Source: Trichinella spiralis (taxonomy: Eukaryota). Taken from it: 64,000 nt of DNA. The notes under the pieces were generated by a model. That model ran no database searches. It worked only from the letters and a program-made list of their open reading frames with translations, and was not told the DNA's origin. The translations under genes were made by a program, and so were the position numbers. Of this stretch, positions 14,673-27,900 are shown in pieces. The stretch is taken from positions 8,782,858 to 8,846,857 of the forward strand of contig NW_003526941.1 of the NCBI RefSeq assembly GCF_000181795.1, given 5' to 3'. Numbering within the stretch: the stretch's first letter is position 1; each line of letters starts with the position of its first letter.

Positions 14673-15559
14673 GTTGTCACAATTTTCACCAACTGTTTCA
14701 AGTACAAGATTTTAAATTGTGATAAAGAAAATTTGTGCTTCGCTTCAAATGTTTTTTTTTCGAATGGTTGAAAGCAGACAGAAGACAGCTAGTGTCAATG
14801 TCAACTATAAAAACTATCCACTGTCTTCAATTTTGACACTGATGACACAAGCATGCAAGTCTATCCGACAATCGTGAGCTGATTGGTTAGGGTTTCAAAC
14901 GACACAAGCATAACTGCCAGCCGAGCCAGTGAAGCTGTATTGATTATAATATATAGCAACGCGCACAATCGTCATCTGACAACGCTGGCTCAAAAAGTCT
15001 ACGCCAGCCCGAAGAAATTATAGCCAACAATGGACAATGGTGAACATTGTCGGACGATCAAGCGACAACGATGAAACAAAGTCCAATCTATCAATTATGA
15101 TCTATGACAATCTTTGCATCTTCTTGTCTTGCCAATTTACATCCCTACAATCCTAGAACAACCACCAACAATAACTAACGCAATTATTATTATTATTAGT
15201 AGTAGTATTCTGTGTCAACAACAAGTGGATATATGACAGCAGATTGTTCTTGTCGAAAATGTCGAGTGAAAGCCTGTTAAAATGAAATACGAAATCTATA
15301 AAGCTAAATTTGGAATTGGATAAATAGCACATCGATTCTTAACAAAGATATTTCCCCTTCCTCCCTCTGTGTGTGTATGTGTGTGAGTTGTTGTTTAATA
15401 CAAAGGGAAAAATAATGCAAAGAAATCAAACCCTCTCAACTGCTGGGAGTAAATGTGTGTTGAGCAAAAGTCGAATCCCCTTTTCTCTGAAATGCTAGAA
15501 TTAGCAGGCCATGCTCCGGCCCGAGCGATTTGTAGACAGAAAAAAAATTCGATTATTCA

Positions 15560-15588
15560 CAACAACAACAACAACAACAACAACAACA
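15560..15588. repeat. (CAA)n microsatellite
   Basis: Directly visible; similar (GTT)n runs at about 38742-38767 and 58437-58461. Confidence 0.9.
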
Positions 15589-18500
15589 TCCCGCAGCGAA
15601 ATCAAATGCAATGCTAATACTTTGTCAGGGAAAATTTTTCCATGAAAAACCATATATCGCAAAACTACAAAGGCAATGATGTTGTGAACAATGAAAATTC
15701 TAATTTGAAACAAGCTGCAATTAGAGAGAGAGAGACCAAAAGCGATTGTTTAGTGGATTCATCTTCAGCAATGGTCCAATGCTTGCCTGCAAAAGAGGCG
15801 TCTAATTTGAAAAGATGAACAGATAAAAACTTCACTAACGGATGCAGAAAATTATTCACTCCAAATCGCCGGAACAGGACAAGTAGCACAAATTACTGAA
15901 TGACTTTTGCACAATGTTCATAACGACTCATAGTTTGAAAAATGCAAATAATGCTTTAAAAGAAAACACAATCAACTTATGATGATAATTGTGAAATATG
16001 TTGAAAAGCAAGAATGTCAAAAAAGAATTATTACTACTGATATGAAATTTGCCTAATGGTATATTTGAAATGGATTTTTAATTGGAAAAAAAATCTTCCT
16101 TTTAATTGCCATTTCATTAGCTGATCAACAGACACTTTGCTTTGGAAAAGGTTCCATTTTATATTTCGTCAGTCAAATAATTTTTACAAAAGAAAAGAAA
16201 TGAAAAATCAGTTGTATCACTTTGCTAAATTACTAATTTCTTTTTTACTGAACATTTCCAATAAGATTAATGTGAATGTAATTAAAAATTAACATAACAT
16301 TGATCCTTCTTTTGTGCAAAAGAAAACATTCACAAATTACTGTAGATAAGTATGATAAGAAAAAATACAAATGATTTATCTGCATGAAACATAAACGGAT
16401 TTTTCTTTGGCATTATTGATTTGCATACATGTTGCAAGAGAAATACAGAACAATGTCAATAGGAGACAAGTATATTCTTTTTGATACAATAAAAACAATG
16501 AATTATTGCATAAATGTAAGAATGAAAAAAAAATAAGCAGTTCGAGTAAACATTATTGTAATGATTTCAAAGTTGACGATTGCTTTCATCAAATCTTAAA
16601 TTAATTCACAAAATTAATTAATCTCTGATATATTCTTTCGTCATTATTAATGCATTACTTTTAGAGGAAAATATAAGAGTGGAATTGATTAAATGCAAAA
16701 ACTTTGCATGTAATGATAAACAAAACAGAAATAAACGGTGCAATGCCAGGCAAGTTTGAAAAAGTAAAAAATTTCCCCCAAGTTTCACAATTAATATAAT
16801 TAATTGAATAGGTTCGATCATAAATTTTTAAAAAGCAATTCATTATCCTAGAAGCGTACCATAGGATTGAAATTCATACATTGCGAATAACCACTGAGCA
16901 AATATACAATCAGTCGTCATTATTCATAATTTCCTATACATAATTAGAATCGCAGTCTCAAATTAAATAAATGTTCTAAGAGGCAATTAAAAAATAACAA
17001 ATAAAACGTATTTTAAACAAATGTTGAAAATGCGCGAGCAAAAAAGTTGTAAACATTACTGAAATTGATGATTTGCAAATTTTAATATATAAATTACAAA
17101 GAATGACGTTAAAGAAATATGAAAATATTACTTTAAGTTTACAATGATAAAGTTCCACCTCAAGAAAGGAAATTCAGCATCTAATATTATATAATAATGT
17201 CAATTTCTGATGAAAATAAAAAGTTAATCATGATCAATTGAGAAAAGTATAAAACAAATAAATTTCACTGTCCCTACTGACATTATTCAAATATATACAG
17301 AATAAAAATTCGTCCATAAAAAAATTCACACTGTTACAGCTGTTTATTACAAATTGTTCCTTTCCATGGAATGCTAATTATACTTGAAATCAAAATACGC
17401 TACTCTTCTATACAATGTCAAATCGAGAAAAACATTTCAAATTGTTAACCAAAGCAATTTTTTTATTTAATATTACGGTGTATTACTTAAATAAAAATTC
17501 ACTACAGTAAATTTTAAAAATCAAAATTCTTCACATAAAAATTGGAATATCATGACAAAGCAACAATACAAGGCGACTTGTATTGTTGTAACTGTTGTTG
17601 CAAGCACAGTATGATACTGTGCATCTGATTAATGATAAACAGGTAGGCAATGTTGAGTTTTTTTTTCAACTGCTGATTCTGATCAAAAACAAAAAAAAAA
17701 TTTCATGAAAATTAATAGAAATATAAAAAATAATAAACAAAGAAAAAAAAGAATCATCGCCTTGTTATTTTATTAAATTATTCAAACAAATGACAAATGT
17801 CTATCATCATTTGTGTAAAAACTGATTCCAAAAAGAAGAATGTTTCAATCAAATGATCAATAATTCATAAATTTTGTGGACAAATAAGATTAAAATAACA
17901 TTTAAAAATTAAAATGGTCCATATTCTCAGTGATGAAGAAGAAGAAGAAGAAAACCTCAGACAACCAATTTACCCCTCAGAGAAACGGGGACAACGACCG
18001 GGAATGAATGTTGGAAAATGAATTAATTAATTGAAAATAAATTATAATTACTTTTCACAAATGAAAAATCGACTCACGGATAAAATTCAACTTTCCTGTT
18101 GAATTTCTGTGCTAAATTTTCCATTTTCAGCAGCAATTTTGGGGCGTGGTTGACCAATGACAAGAAGAAGAGTAAAAATATTGCAATTTGAAGATTATTT
18201 CAAACAAATGGACAATACAAAAAGTGCGACATTCATTAATTTCACATCACTGCACAGAGTTGGAAAATGGAAATTTTGAATTGGCATAAGTCGCGTGAAC
18301 AATTAATTTCAACAGTCAATAGAAAAGAAAGAACTTTTCATTTCATCCAAACAGCACCCAACAAAACCAAACAGTCGAGCTTTAGCTAATTGAGAATATT
18401 CGAAATTCTACCACGTTAAATCTAGCGGTAGATTGAAATTTTCACTGAAAATCCAAATCCACTGCTCGTGGAGTTGCATCGATTTTTACAATATAAAAGT

Positions 18501-20584
18501 GTTCAGAAATGAACAACTGGACAAAGGAAAATGTTAAGCAAATTTAATGTGATTTATTTCCATCATATCAACGGTTGTTTTATCAAAAAAAAGAAAAAAA
18601 GAAATTACATTTGCATTTGGAAAAGATCTTTTACAATTGATAAAAGAAATGTGGCAATAATGCAAAAAGAAAAATAAAGAAAAAGCATTGTATGGATTCT
18701 GCTTTCGCAGATGACTGTTCAACACAGCTATCTAAACCATTATGCAGAACTATTGCAATAAGTTTTCATGTTCATGAAAAGCAAATCAATCTTTCTTCGA
18801 TCATGCTTAAATTAGCTAAGCTGTATTAAGTTTTATCAAAGTCAGATTAATAGTTCACTCACTATTCACTTAAATGCACTTCAGAACCATGCATGTGCAA
18901 TGATTTGAATTGAAAAAGCAGATGCCAAAACAAAATAAAGTAAAAGCAAAAAAATCCATTCAATCAAATTAAATGTGATCTTTACAATTTTCAAAATAAC
19001 GATAATTTTTTTCAAAAGAAAGACATTGCAGCTAACTGTATTCATTCTGACCAATTCAATATTTAAATAAAAATAACAGTCTGTTGAATATGGAAAATTT
19101 GATGACTGTAGCAATGAAATTGTTGCACAAAATCAAAACAAGAAAAAGTAAAAAAAATAACATACGGACCATGTAATATAGCTGACGATGAAGAAAAGAT
19201 ATTCCACAAATGGAGATGATTCATGAAAAATAAATAAAAACTAAATTTAATGAAAATAAAAATTTTCTGTAACACAAAAATAATAAAATAAATAATATCA
19301 GAAAATGTAAATAGAAGTGAGCAATTTTGCGATTGAAAATATTCGAATTTTCTTGTTAAATCACAATAAACAATAATTTTACAACAAACTGGAAACAGTT
19401 TTTGCGTTCAAAAATCATTTTCATTAAAAATTCACTTAATAGCATGGGGAATAAATACAATATCAATTAACTTTTCAAAAGATTAAATAAACTTTCCGAC
19501 GTACAAAAAAGCATCGATAAGAGATACTGCAAGCAGAAGAATGCAAATTATAAAATTATGAAAATAATCACTTGCACAAATTGTGTAAGAGTTTTTTTTC
19601 CTCTCCTTCCGCTAAAATACAAAGAGAACTAATTTTATGATTTCTTAAATAGAGAAAAGTATGCTTTATTGATTATACATAAATGAAGAGAGCTTTCTTT
19701 TTTGAAGACATACCATTTCTCTAATCTGATCAGCATATCAGAAGATATAAAAGTATTTTTTTGTTGTTGTTTTTTAAGATACTGGAGGGAGGGGGAGGGT
19801 GAATTAGATTTTCCATTTTCAACTGTCTGTCATCTTGTATTAAGCGTGATATCTACCACAAACACTTGCTAACCGATGTTTGCACAACGTTAAACACCAA
19901 CGGTTTATATATATTAAACAGTGAATTATATAAATATTGAAAATGTCACGATGCAAACACGTTCATCCTTTCTGAAAGATGATTTTTTGCTTTCATTTTT
20001 TCCATGTTATTGCAAAACCTACGCAAACAAGCAGTCATTTCTTGATCCAACAAGAAAAAAAAAAGAAATTAAAATAAAATTACACAGCACCTGAGACAGA
20101 GGGAGAGAGATGGTTGAAAAATAAAATCAAAAGCAAATATCTGTTGATAATATTGCCTTATGAAGCAGTGCAGAAAATATGCTGCTTTTTGCTTGGATTT
20201 TCTGAGAAATGAAAAGTGAAAATACAACGACAAAATTACCAGAACAACATTATTACAAGCAATAGAATTGCAATCATTGAAAGATACAGAAGTGGAAGAA
20301 AATGGGGTTCTTTACGGTGTTGGTAGAAAAATTTCTCTGTTATACAAGAGAACAGTTGAAAAGTGAAAGCTGATTTTCATTTGACTTTCAACTCAACGGA
20401 GGCCTCGTTGACTGGATAAAATCAAATAAAATTCAGCTTGATGGGTGCCTTGAAGGCAATTTAGAAATCAATAGACCGACAAAAGTATGCTTCAGCAATA
20501 GGAAAGAGAGAGAGAGAGAGAGTAGGAAAAAAATGTCGTAGCCGTAATGAATCATCAACATCTTTTTATTTTGTTCGGTAAGAG

Positions 20585-20623
20585 ATGCATGCATGCATGC
20601 ATGCATGTATGTATGCATGTATG
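20585..20623. repeat. (ATGC)n/(ATGT)n compound tetranucleotide repeat
   Basis: atgcatgcatgcatgcatgcatgtatgtatgcatgtatg is visible. Confidence 0.85.
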
Positions 20624-21504
20624 TGTTGATGAACTCACAAAAAGCTCCAATGCTATTGTTTGTTCAAAAGTTGCCCATGCCGAAAGCTTTGAATTGCCAT
20701 TTTACAAAGCTCATATGTATGTAATAAGGAATTGACGTAATTTGGTTGAAAACACCAATGCCACAGGCATGTACCTGTCGCGTTTCAGTAAAGCCATTAG
20801 TCGGCAACATCATCATTAGCTTCTTGGTTGGCCAGTTTCAGAACAGAACAACAACAGTTGGCCAGCATGCAAATCGACCAGAATTTGCAGCTTGCAATCA
20901 AAGTGGAACAAATTTTTTCCCAATGTTCAAAAAAGCCAATCGATCGACCTGAGCTTGTGGAACAAGAAGAAGAAGAAGAAGCCAACATCAGTCAGCAGCT
21001 TTGTTGTTCGAGAACTTGCAAAAATTGCAAAAAAAAGAATAAAATAAGAAATAGAAGAAAAAAAACCACATCCGCCAGACAGGCTGGCTGTTATTGGCTG
21101 TAGCTGTTGAATGTGGTGGCCAAAGAGATGTTGGACGACGATTGGCTAAAGTTGAACCTCATCTGATCGACGACACAATGCTTTCAAAGCATGCCAACAC
21201 GGCGGCGGCCACCTTTTCTCCACTGTGAGAAATTGAAATAAAAGGCAGTCGGTCAATAAGCGGATAAACGATTTTTGTGGATCCACCAATATTTAGATCG
21301 CAAAGCAAACAGCGATGAGTGGAAATTTTTATTAACGACGTTCGCTGCTTGAATCGTGTCAATTCAAACGAGCTTCTGATTTCTGTCCATATAGACACAC
21401 ACACATACATACATACATACGCAGGCAGGCAGCTGTGTATTTTCTGCTGTTTTTGTGTTGTCGCCTACTGCTTGATTTTTTTTGAGCTTTCTTCTTTCTT
21501 CTGT

Positions 21505-21871
21505 ATGATGACTACAATAACGGTCATCTTCCGTTCGGGAGTCTTTTCCAGACAATGCTATATGACATCCGAAGTCAGCCTCAATTCGTTGCGCAACCTT
21601 GCCAAAGAATTCATATTGGAAAAGGTATGTAGACAGACAGATATAGAACAGGAAAATCGAAATCTTATTCAATGGTCAATTTGTTCATGTATAAAATGAT
21701 AAGTAAAATGAAAAAGTAAATTTTTCACAACTTCACAACCAACTTGCAAACAGCAAAGAGAGTTTTAAGACTCGAAGCAATGAAAAGAAATTTTCTTACT
21801 AAATGTTTACAGGCATTTGTCAAATCACCACACTGGTGTATTATAATTATAGTTATAAAAATAAGCATTTA

Positions 21872-21917
<46 letters not shown>

Positions 21918-24900
21918 TATTATTGCGTTCAATCCCAACAGAACTGACTAATAGTAGAAATCTATTTGTTGGTATGTTAGAATTTTCAACACGTTCCAAT
22001 TCTATTATAACAGCAAACACTAATTGCAATGAAAATGAAACAAAAACTACGCTTTGAGAAGAAGCTAAAACTTTTCAAATATTTCAATCAAATTCAACTG
22101 CGCTGAAATGATTTTCAAACTTGAGCAAACAAATGTCATGAAATTATAACAGAAAGAAGGGCTAATTTTTAAAAAAAATTAAAGACATTTCATTTCAAAT
22201 AATAATTTCAATCTTATCATTCTGTCGACAAATATCTTCCATCTGCAATAATAAGGAAATAATAGCATAGTGAATTGCAATTCATTTTAAAAAAGTAGAA
22301 AAAAAATGGAATAATGTAAAATCGAATTGTTCGATTATTGTTTGTAACTGAATCTGCTGCGACTGTTTCAATATTTACGTTGGTTTTCCATTTTCCGCTG
22401 CACGCAGATAGATAGTTCGACATTTATTTGCATAAGCTATTGATTGATAAGCTAACCGCTTTCACTGTTGAATAAGTTTCACGGATTTACATTTCATCAT
22501 CATTATTACGATTATTAATATTCCCGCTTTTGAATGAACAAAAAAAAATTTTTTTTTCTGGTTGCTGAAATTTTCATTATTCTGATGCAAAAAAAGAAAA
22601 ACATAAAACTTAACTTCACATTAAATGACTACTGAAAAAGCAAACATCCATCCACCAGTAAGCAAATGTGCAGAGCTTTATCGGTTGTCGTTATTGCACT
22701 TCAAAGTATTTGTCAATTTATTCTACTTCATTTACTAAGACCTAAGATCATTTTCCTCCTCGAAGTACATTATACCATTACTAATAACTAACACTAATGC
22801 TATCATTATCATTATTATGATCGCTATGATAATTCGTATTAAAAACTACGTAAAGCATTGTTTACTCTTCAGCAAATACGACATTAATGAAGACGCGAAA
22901 TCCTTGCAAATAACAAACAATAAATATGATAATCAAAACCGATCAACTAGAAACATGCTTACTTGTTGTCTACCTTTTGATGAAAGCAACAAACAATTTT
23001 TAAACGCACTTTAAACAAAAGTTGAGAAATTTCATTTCCACACACCGATTGACTAACAGTCACGACAAACAACAACACATTTCGCAATCGGCTAATCATT
23101 GCTACAGAAGGAAATTTGCATTGCGAAGAATGTAAATATTAAAAAAATTTTTCCATATTTAATACTTTTTTCTTTTCTAATTTTCAGACAAATTAACAAG
23201 AAAAAAACTTCAAGCACCATGAAATTCTCCACGACAAATTCTCAAAATCAATTAAATATTTTATTTATTGCAATTTTTTATTTTTATAAAATGCCTTCCT
23301 AATACAATAAATGTAAAAAATGAAATGAAATGAAATAAAATAATATAATAAAAACGGTTCTAAAGAACGCCGTGTTGGGTTTTTTTTCCTCGAACAAAGA
23401 GAGACATAAAGAGACAGAGAGAGAGAGAGGCAGTTAACAATATTGCGCTAACAAAGTAGCTTAATTGATTGCCACTAAAAAGAACATGACGACCGTATTG
23501 TAAAGTTAATAAAAATTCACGTCTCAGAATAGGGAAGCTGTTGACAATCCATATCCTTTGGGAAAGAGGCTTTTTGACTCCTTTTTCTCATTATTGGACC
23601 ATTATTGTAATTAATACGAACACTTGGCTCTTTTGAACAATTGCAAATTATCATTTTCCAATTCTGCTCACTTCAGAGTTTTGTTGAAACATGGACAAAT
23701 TAATTATTCCACAAATCGTATTTATTAGCGTGAACAGAAAATAATAATTCAATTATTGCTCTCATTCATTGTTTTTTTAAGAAAAGTTTAAAATTAATAA
23801 TTGACCAAAATTTTCACCAACTCACACACCGTTTAAGCATTCTGTTCTCCATTTCAGTACCCGCCAAGCGATGATGTCAGTGAAAAAACGTTGGACAGTC
23901 GCCTGTTGCTATTCAAACACGACGTAAATTCGATGAACATCTTACAATTGATCACCGACTACAACGACATCACCGACGGAACGGTGATCGAAATTGTCAT
24001 ATCACGTAAGGAAAAAGAAATTAATTTATTGATTAATTAATTTTTCATCTACCCCCATTGCAGCTGTAAGCTCGAAAAAAATTATATGAAAATATAAATT
24101 AATTATTGTTTCTCAGGAAATTGTGTGATTCTTTTTTTTCACTTTAAACTTCACCATTCTCTTAATTAGCGAAAAAAAGGTGAAAAACTCAACAACAACA
24201 ACAACAACAACGTATCTGTTCAATACAATGCAGAAATAGATAATTAATGCAGAATAACCAAAGCAAATAGCCATCTGTCTCTCTCACTAATTTGTCAAAA
24301 AATTATTCAAATTTTAAAACAACTGATGATATGCAGTTTGCATTATTGATAAATTGACCGACCGTTCGTTCATAATTTAATGAGATCCATACGAGCAAAT
24401 AGCAACTGCTTCTTTGCTCTATTCACAGATAAGTAAACAAATCACAGTCAACGAATGTACCATCATATCACAGAATCACTGAAAATTCTTTTCATTTATT
24501 TTATGCAAAATTTTTAAATAAATTACTTAAAACTCGAAATTCAAATGAAAATTAATTAGCAAAAGCCCTATACATATTCCCTGTACGCTAGTTTATTGAG
24601 GAAAGAATAAATATATACAAGCATGTTCGTGGCTTTTCATCTCAGATAGCTCCTTTGAAAGTAGAGCACAACAAGGTTGGGCGAAGAATAAGTTCAATTG
24701 AATTGCGACTAAAGCTTCCGTAACATATTTAAACTATTAGCAAAAGTGATCGTTATTTGATTTCTAGTGATGATGATGATTTTCTTATTTTTCCAACGTT
24801 CACAAAACGTAACATCTATGCTAGAAATTACACTTTGAATAACACTTCAAAAAAGAATAAGTGACTGCATTTGAAGAGATAGAGGATTTTAAAATTTCAA

Positions 24901-27900
24901 ATAATTCTGCATTGTTCATCAGTCAGAATTGAACAGAGATGTATATATTTATAGTTCATCATTCTAAACATAGCTTTAAGTGACGACATTACTACTTTCT
25001 TTTCAAAATTGCAAAAATTATATTTCAACTAATAAACATAATTTTCATTTCATTGCAATTATTAACATTATTATAAATTCCAACTGGATACCACATACAT
25101 ATTTGTGATGTTTATGTTTGCAGCAAGAATGTTGAATGCTTACTTGATTGAGTTGATTTTCTTCACATTTTATAATATTTATACATTTTTTCTCATTTCA
25201 CATTTCATACTGAACAATAGAAAGGTTAAAATAGTGTCTCACTTATCGGTTATTTAAATGAAAACTTCAATCCCCCATCAGAAAGAACACCAACTGTGTA
25301 CAAACATGGCAAACAAATCTGCTAACAACAAACACAATGATTGACTCAGAGTGGTGGAAAAAATTACTACCCATCGTTGCATTGGAAATGCAATTTCAAT
25401 CAAGCATGCATTGAACAAGTTAAGCTATTCAGAAGAGTAACTTCTTTTATAATTTTTATAATCTGTCAGGAGAATGAAGACTGCAACTAGCTTGATGTTA
25501 TGTCAGAGCATTTGAGTTTAATGATGAAAACAATGATAAAACAGCTTTGTTTTGCCTATGCAAACTTGGAAGAGTGAAATATATTTTATTACGAATTAAT
25601 TTTTGTCGAACCAAATCGTTAAGCAATCATGGAAACGCGGCTAAATCACGGGAAGCACACTCGACAATCATTACTGCATCCTAAGATTCGAATTGCAACT
25701 CGAAAAGTATATAAAAAACAATAATGATAGTAATAGAAAAAATGCAAGACCAATGCAAAAGTGATATTCAAATTTCAACAAAAATGCCGCAATATGCACA
25801 AAGTATTTCTTCAATGTTTTTTGTAGTAGCAGTAGTAGTAGTAGTAGTAGATGTTGCTTTACTTTGCTGCTTTCAACAACATTCAATAAGCAAACAAATG
25901 GCCAATTTCTCCCTTGATCATGCCGCAAATATTACTAATTTGTTCTTTGGATAAAAATAGAATTATAAGAAAAAAAATTCACTGCACACCTTACACTTTA
26001 ACCAAACCTATATATATATATGTTAAAATTAATTTGCTTTCGATTAAATAGCATGCTAGTATGACAATTGACAAAGTCAATATTTCTACATTACAAACAA
26101 TTTTAAGATTAATCAGTCAGTCCTTTATAAGAAAGAAAGAATGAATGAATGAATGAATAAATAAATAGATGAAATTATCATTGTAGAAGAAAATTTTCAC
26201 AATGTAAATGTGTAAAAAACATACATTCATTTAATAATCATGCTTTTTATCATTCAATTTATAAGATAACTTTTTACGACTTTCTCTGATCTAGTGATAT
26301 TTCTAGTCCAAATAAGCTGCTAATACGTGAACAAAGATCGCAGCAAGTCCCACTTGTTGAAAATAATTTCTTTCAATTTAAGCGCTAATTGCAAAGCGCT
26401 GAAAATATATTCATTGAAAATGTTATCAGTAATCAAACAAGATGATCTTTGCATATCTCAGCACTTGAATACATACTGTAGATCAAATTAAATTTAAATA
26501 TAAAATTGAACTTGTTCAGTTTTGAAAGGAAAAGAAAACAGAAATTTCTCTCTCCTGCCATTATAACCCGTTCGTGTAAATCTACTTTGTACGACTTTGT
26601 ATTCTCATCAATTCTGCCCTTGTCACACTTTGATCCCTTTAGGATGATTTTCAATTCAATTACTATTTTGTAATTCGTCAAAATGAGAAAAAATTACAAA
26701 TTGCAAAAAAGTCAACTGTTTCAAGACATTCAACAAAATTCATCATTTTACAAAAAATTTCACATCAATACTAGCTAGTATGTATCGCATATCGGATTCG
26801 AATTCAATAGAGTAGTTGGTTTAAATTATCCAATATTTTCCAGAATATCAAATATTTCTATTTTTCACTTTACGATTGATTGATGCAATGAAAACAAGAA
26901 AAAAATTAATAAATTGTATTTCTTGTAAATTTCAGCGACCCCTCAAAATGATCGAATCTTCGTCTATCCACACTCGCTTTATGTGCATTCGTACAGAACG
27001 CCGACATTTTGTGATTTTTGCGGTGAAATGCTGTTCGGTCTGGTCAAGCAGGGATTGAAATGCAACGGTCGATTTGCATATATTCTCCATTTTATTCTGG
27101 CAATTATAATGATGGTGATGAATCGTCTCCATTTTTAGCTTGCAATTTGAATTATCACAAACGCTGTGCGCGCAAAATTCCCAACAACTGCTCCGGCTCG
27201 TATCAGTGGAAAACAACGCTACTTTCGCTTCCGAATGCGGATCATTCCCGTCGACCATCGCTGGTCACCGCTTCACAGGTCGATGAGAAGCCCAATGACC
27301 AGCAGCCGGTCATCACAATCACCACCCCAACTACCACTACCCCAACCACCACCATTACCACGACACCGGAAATTTTGATCACTTCCGCAGACATGGCCAG
27401 ACAATACGACGTCGTTTCACCGGTGAGTTTAAATTTCCTTTTCTGTTCCATTGCATGCAATTTTTTGCTCAATTAAAAATTTTCAAGACGCTCAGCTTCA
27501 CGCCGAGAAAAGATCGCAGTTCGAGCTGGTCGGGCAGACCGTTGTGGATGGAAGTGGAAAATGCCAGACGCACAAAAGTCCCGCACACGTTCCAAGTGCA
27601 CACTTACACAAAGCCCACAATTTGCCATTATTGTAAAAAGCTACTGAAAGGTATCGTCCGTCAAGGGATGCAATGCAGAGGTGAGCAGAGGAGAAGTGTT
27701 AGATTGTAAACGAATGACACAAAAGTGGGGGATTGTTTTTTTTAAGATTGTTGCTACAACTGCCACAAAAAATGCGAACAATACGTGCCGAAAGATTGTT
27801 CGGGCAGCATGATGCTGCAATCGGCGTCGGTGCTTTACGACGATGGTCACAATTTCTCTATTTTCTGAATCCAATCCTAGCCGCAGTTGTTCTTTTACTG

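Noticed and set aside
21744..22057. Poly-Tyr and poly-Leu ORFs
   Set aside because: Artefacts of the (ATT)n microsatellite.
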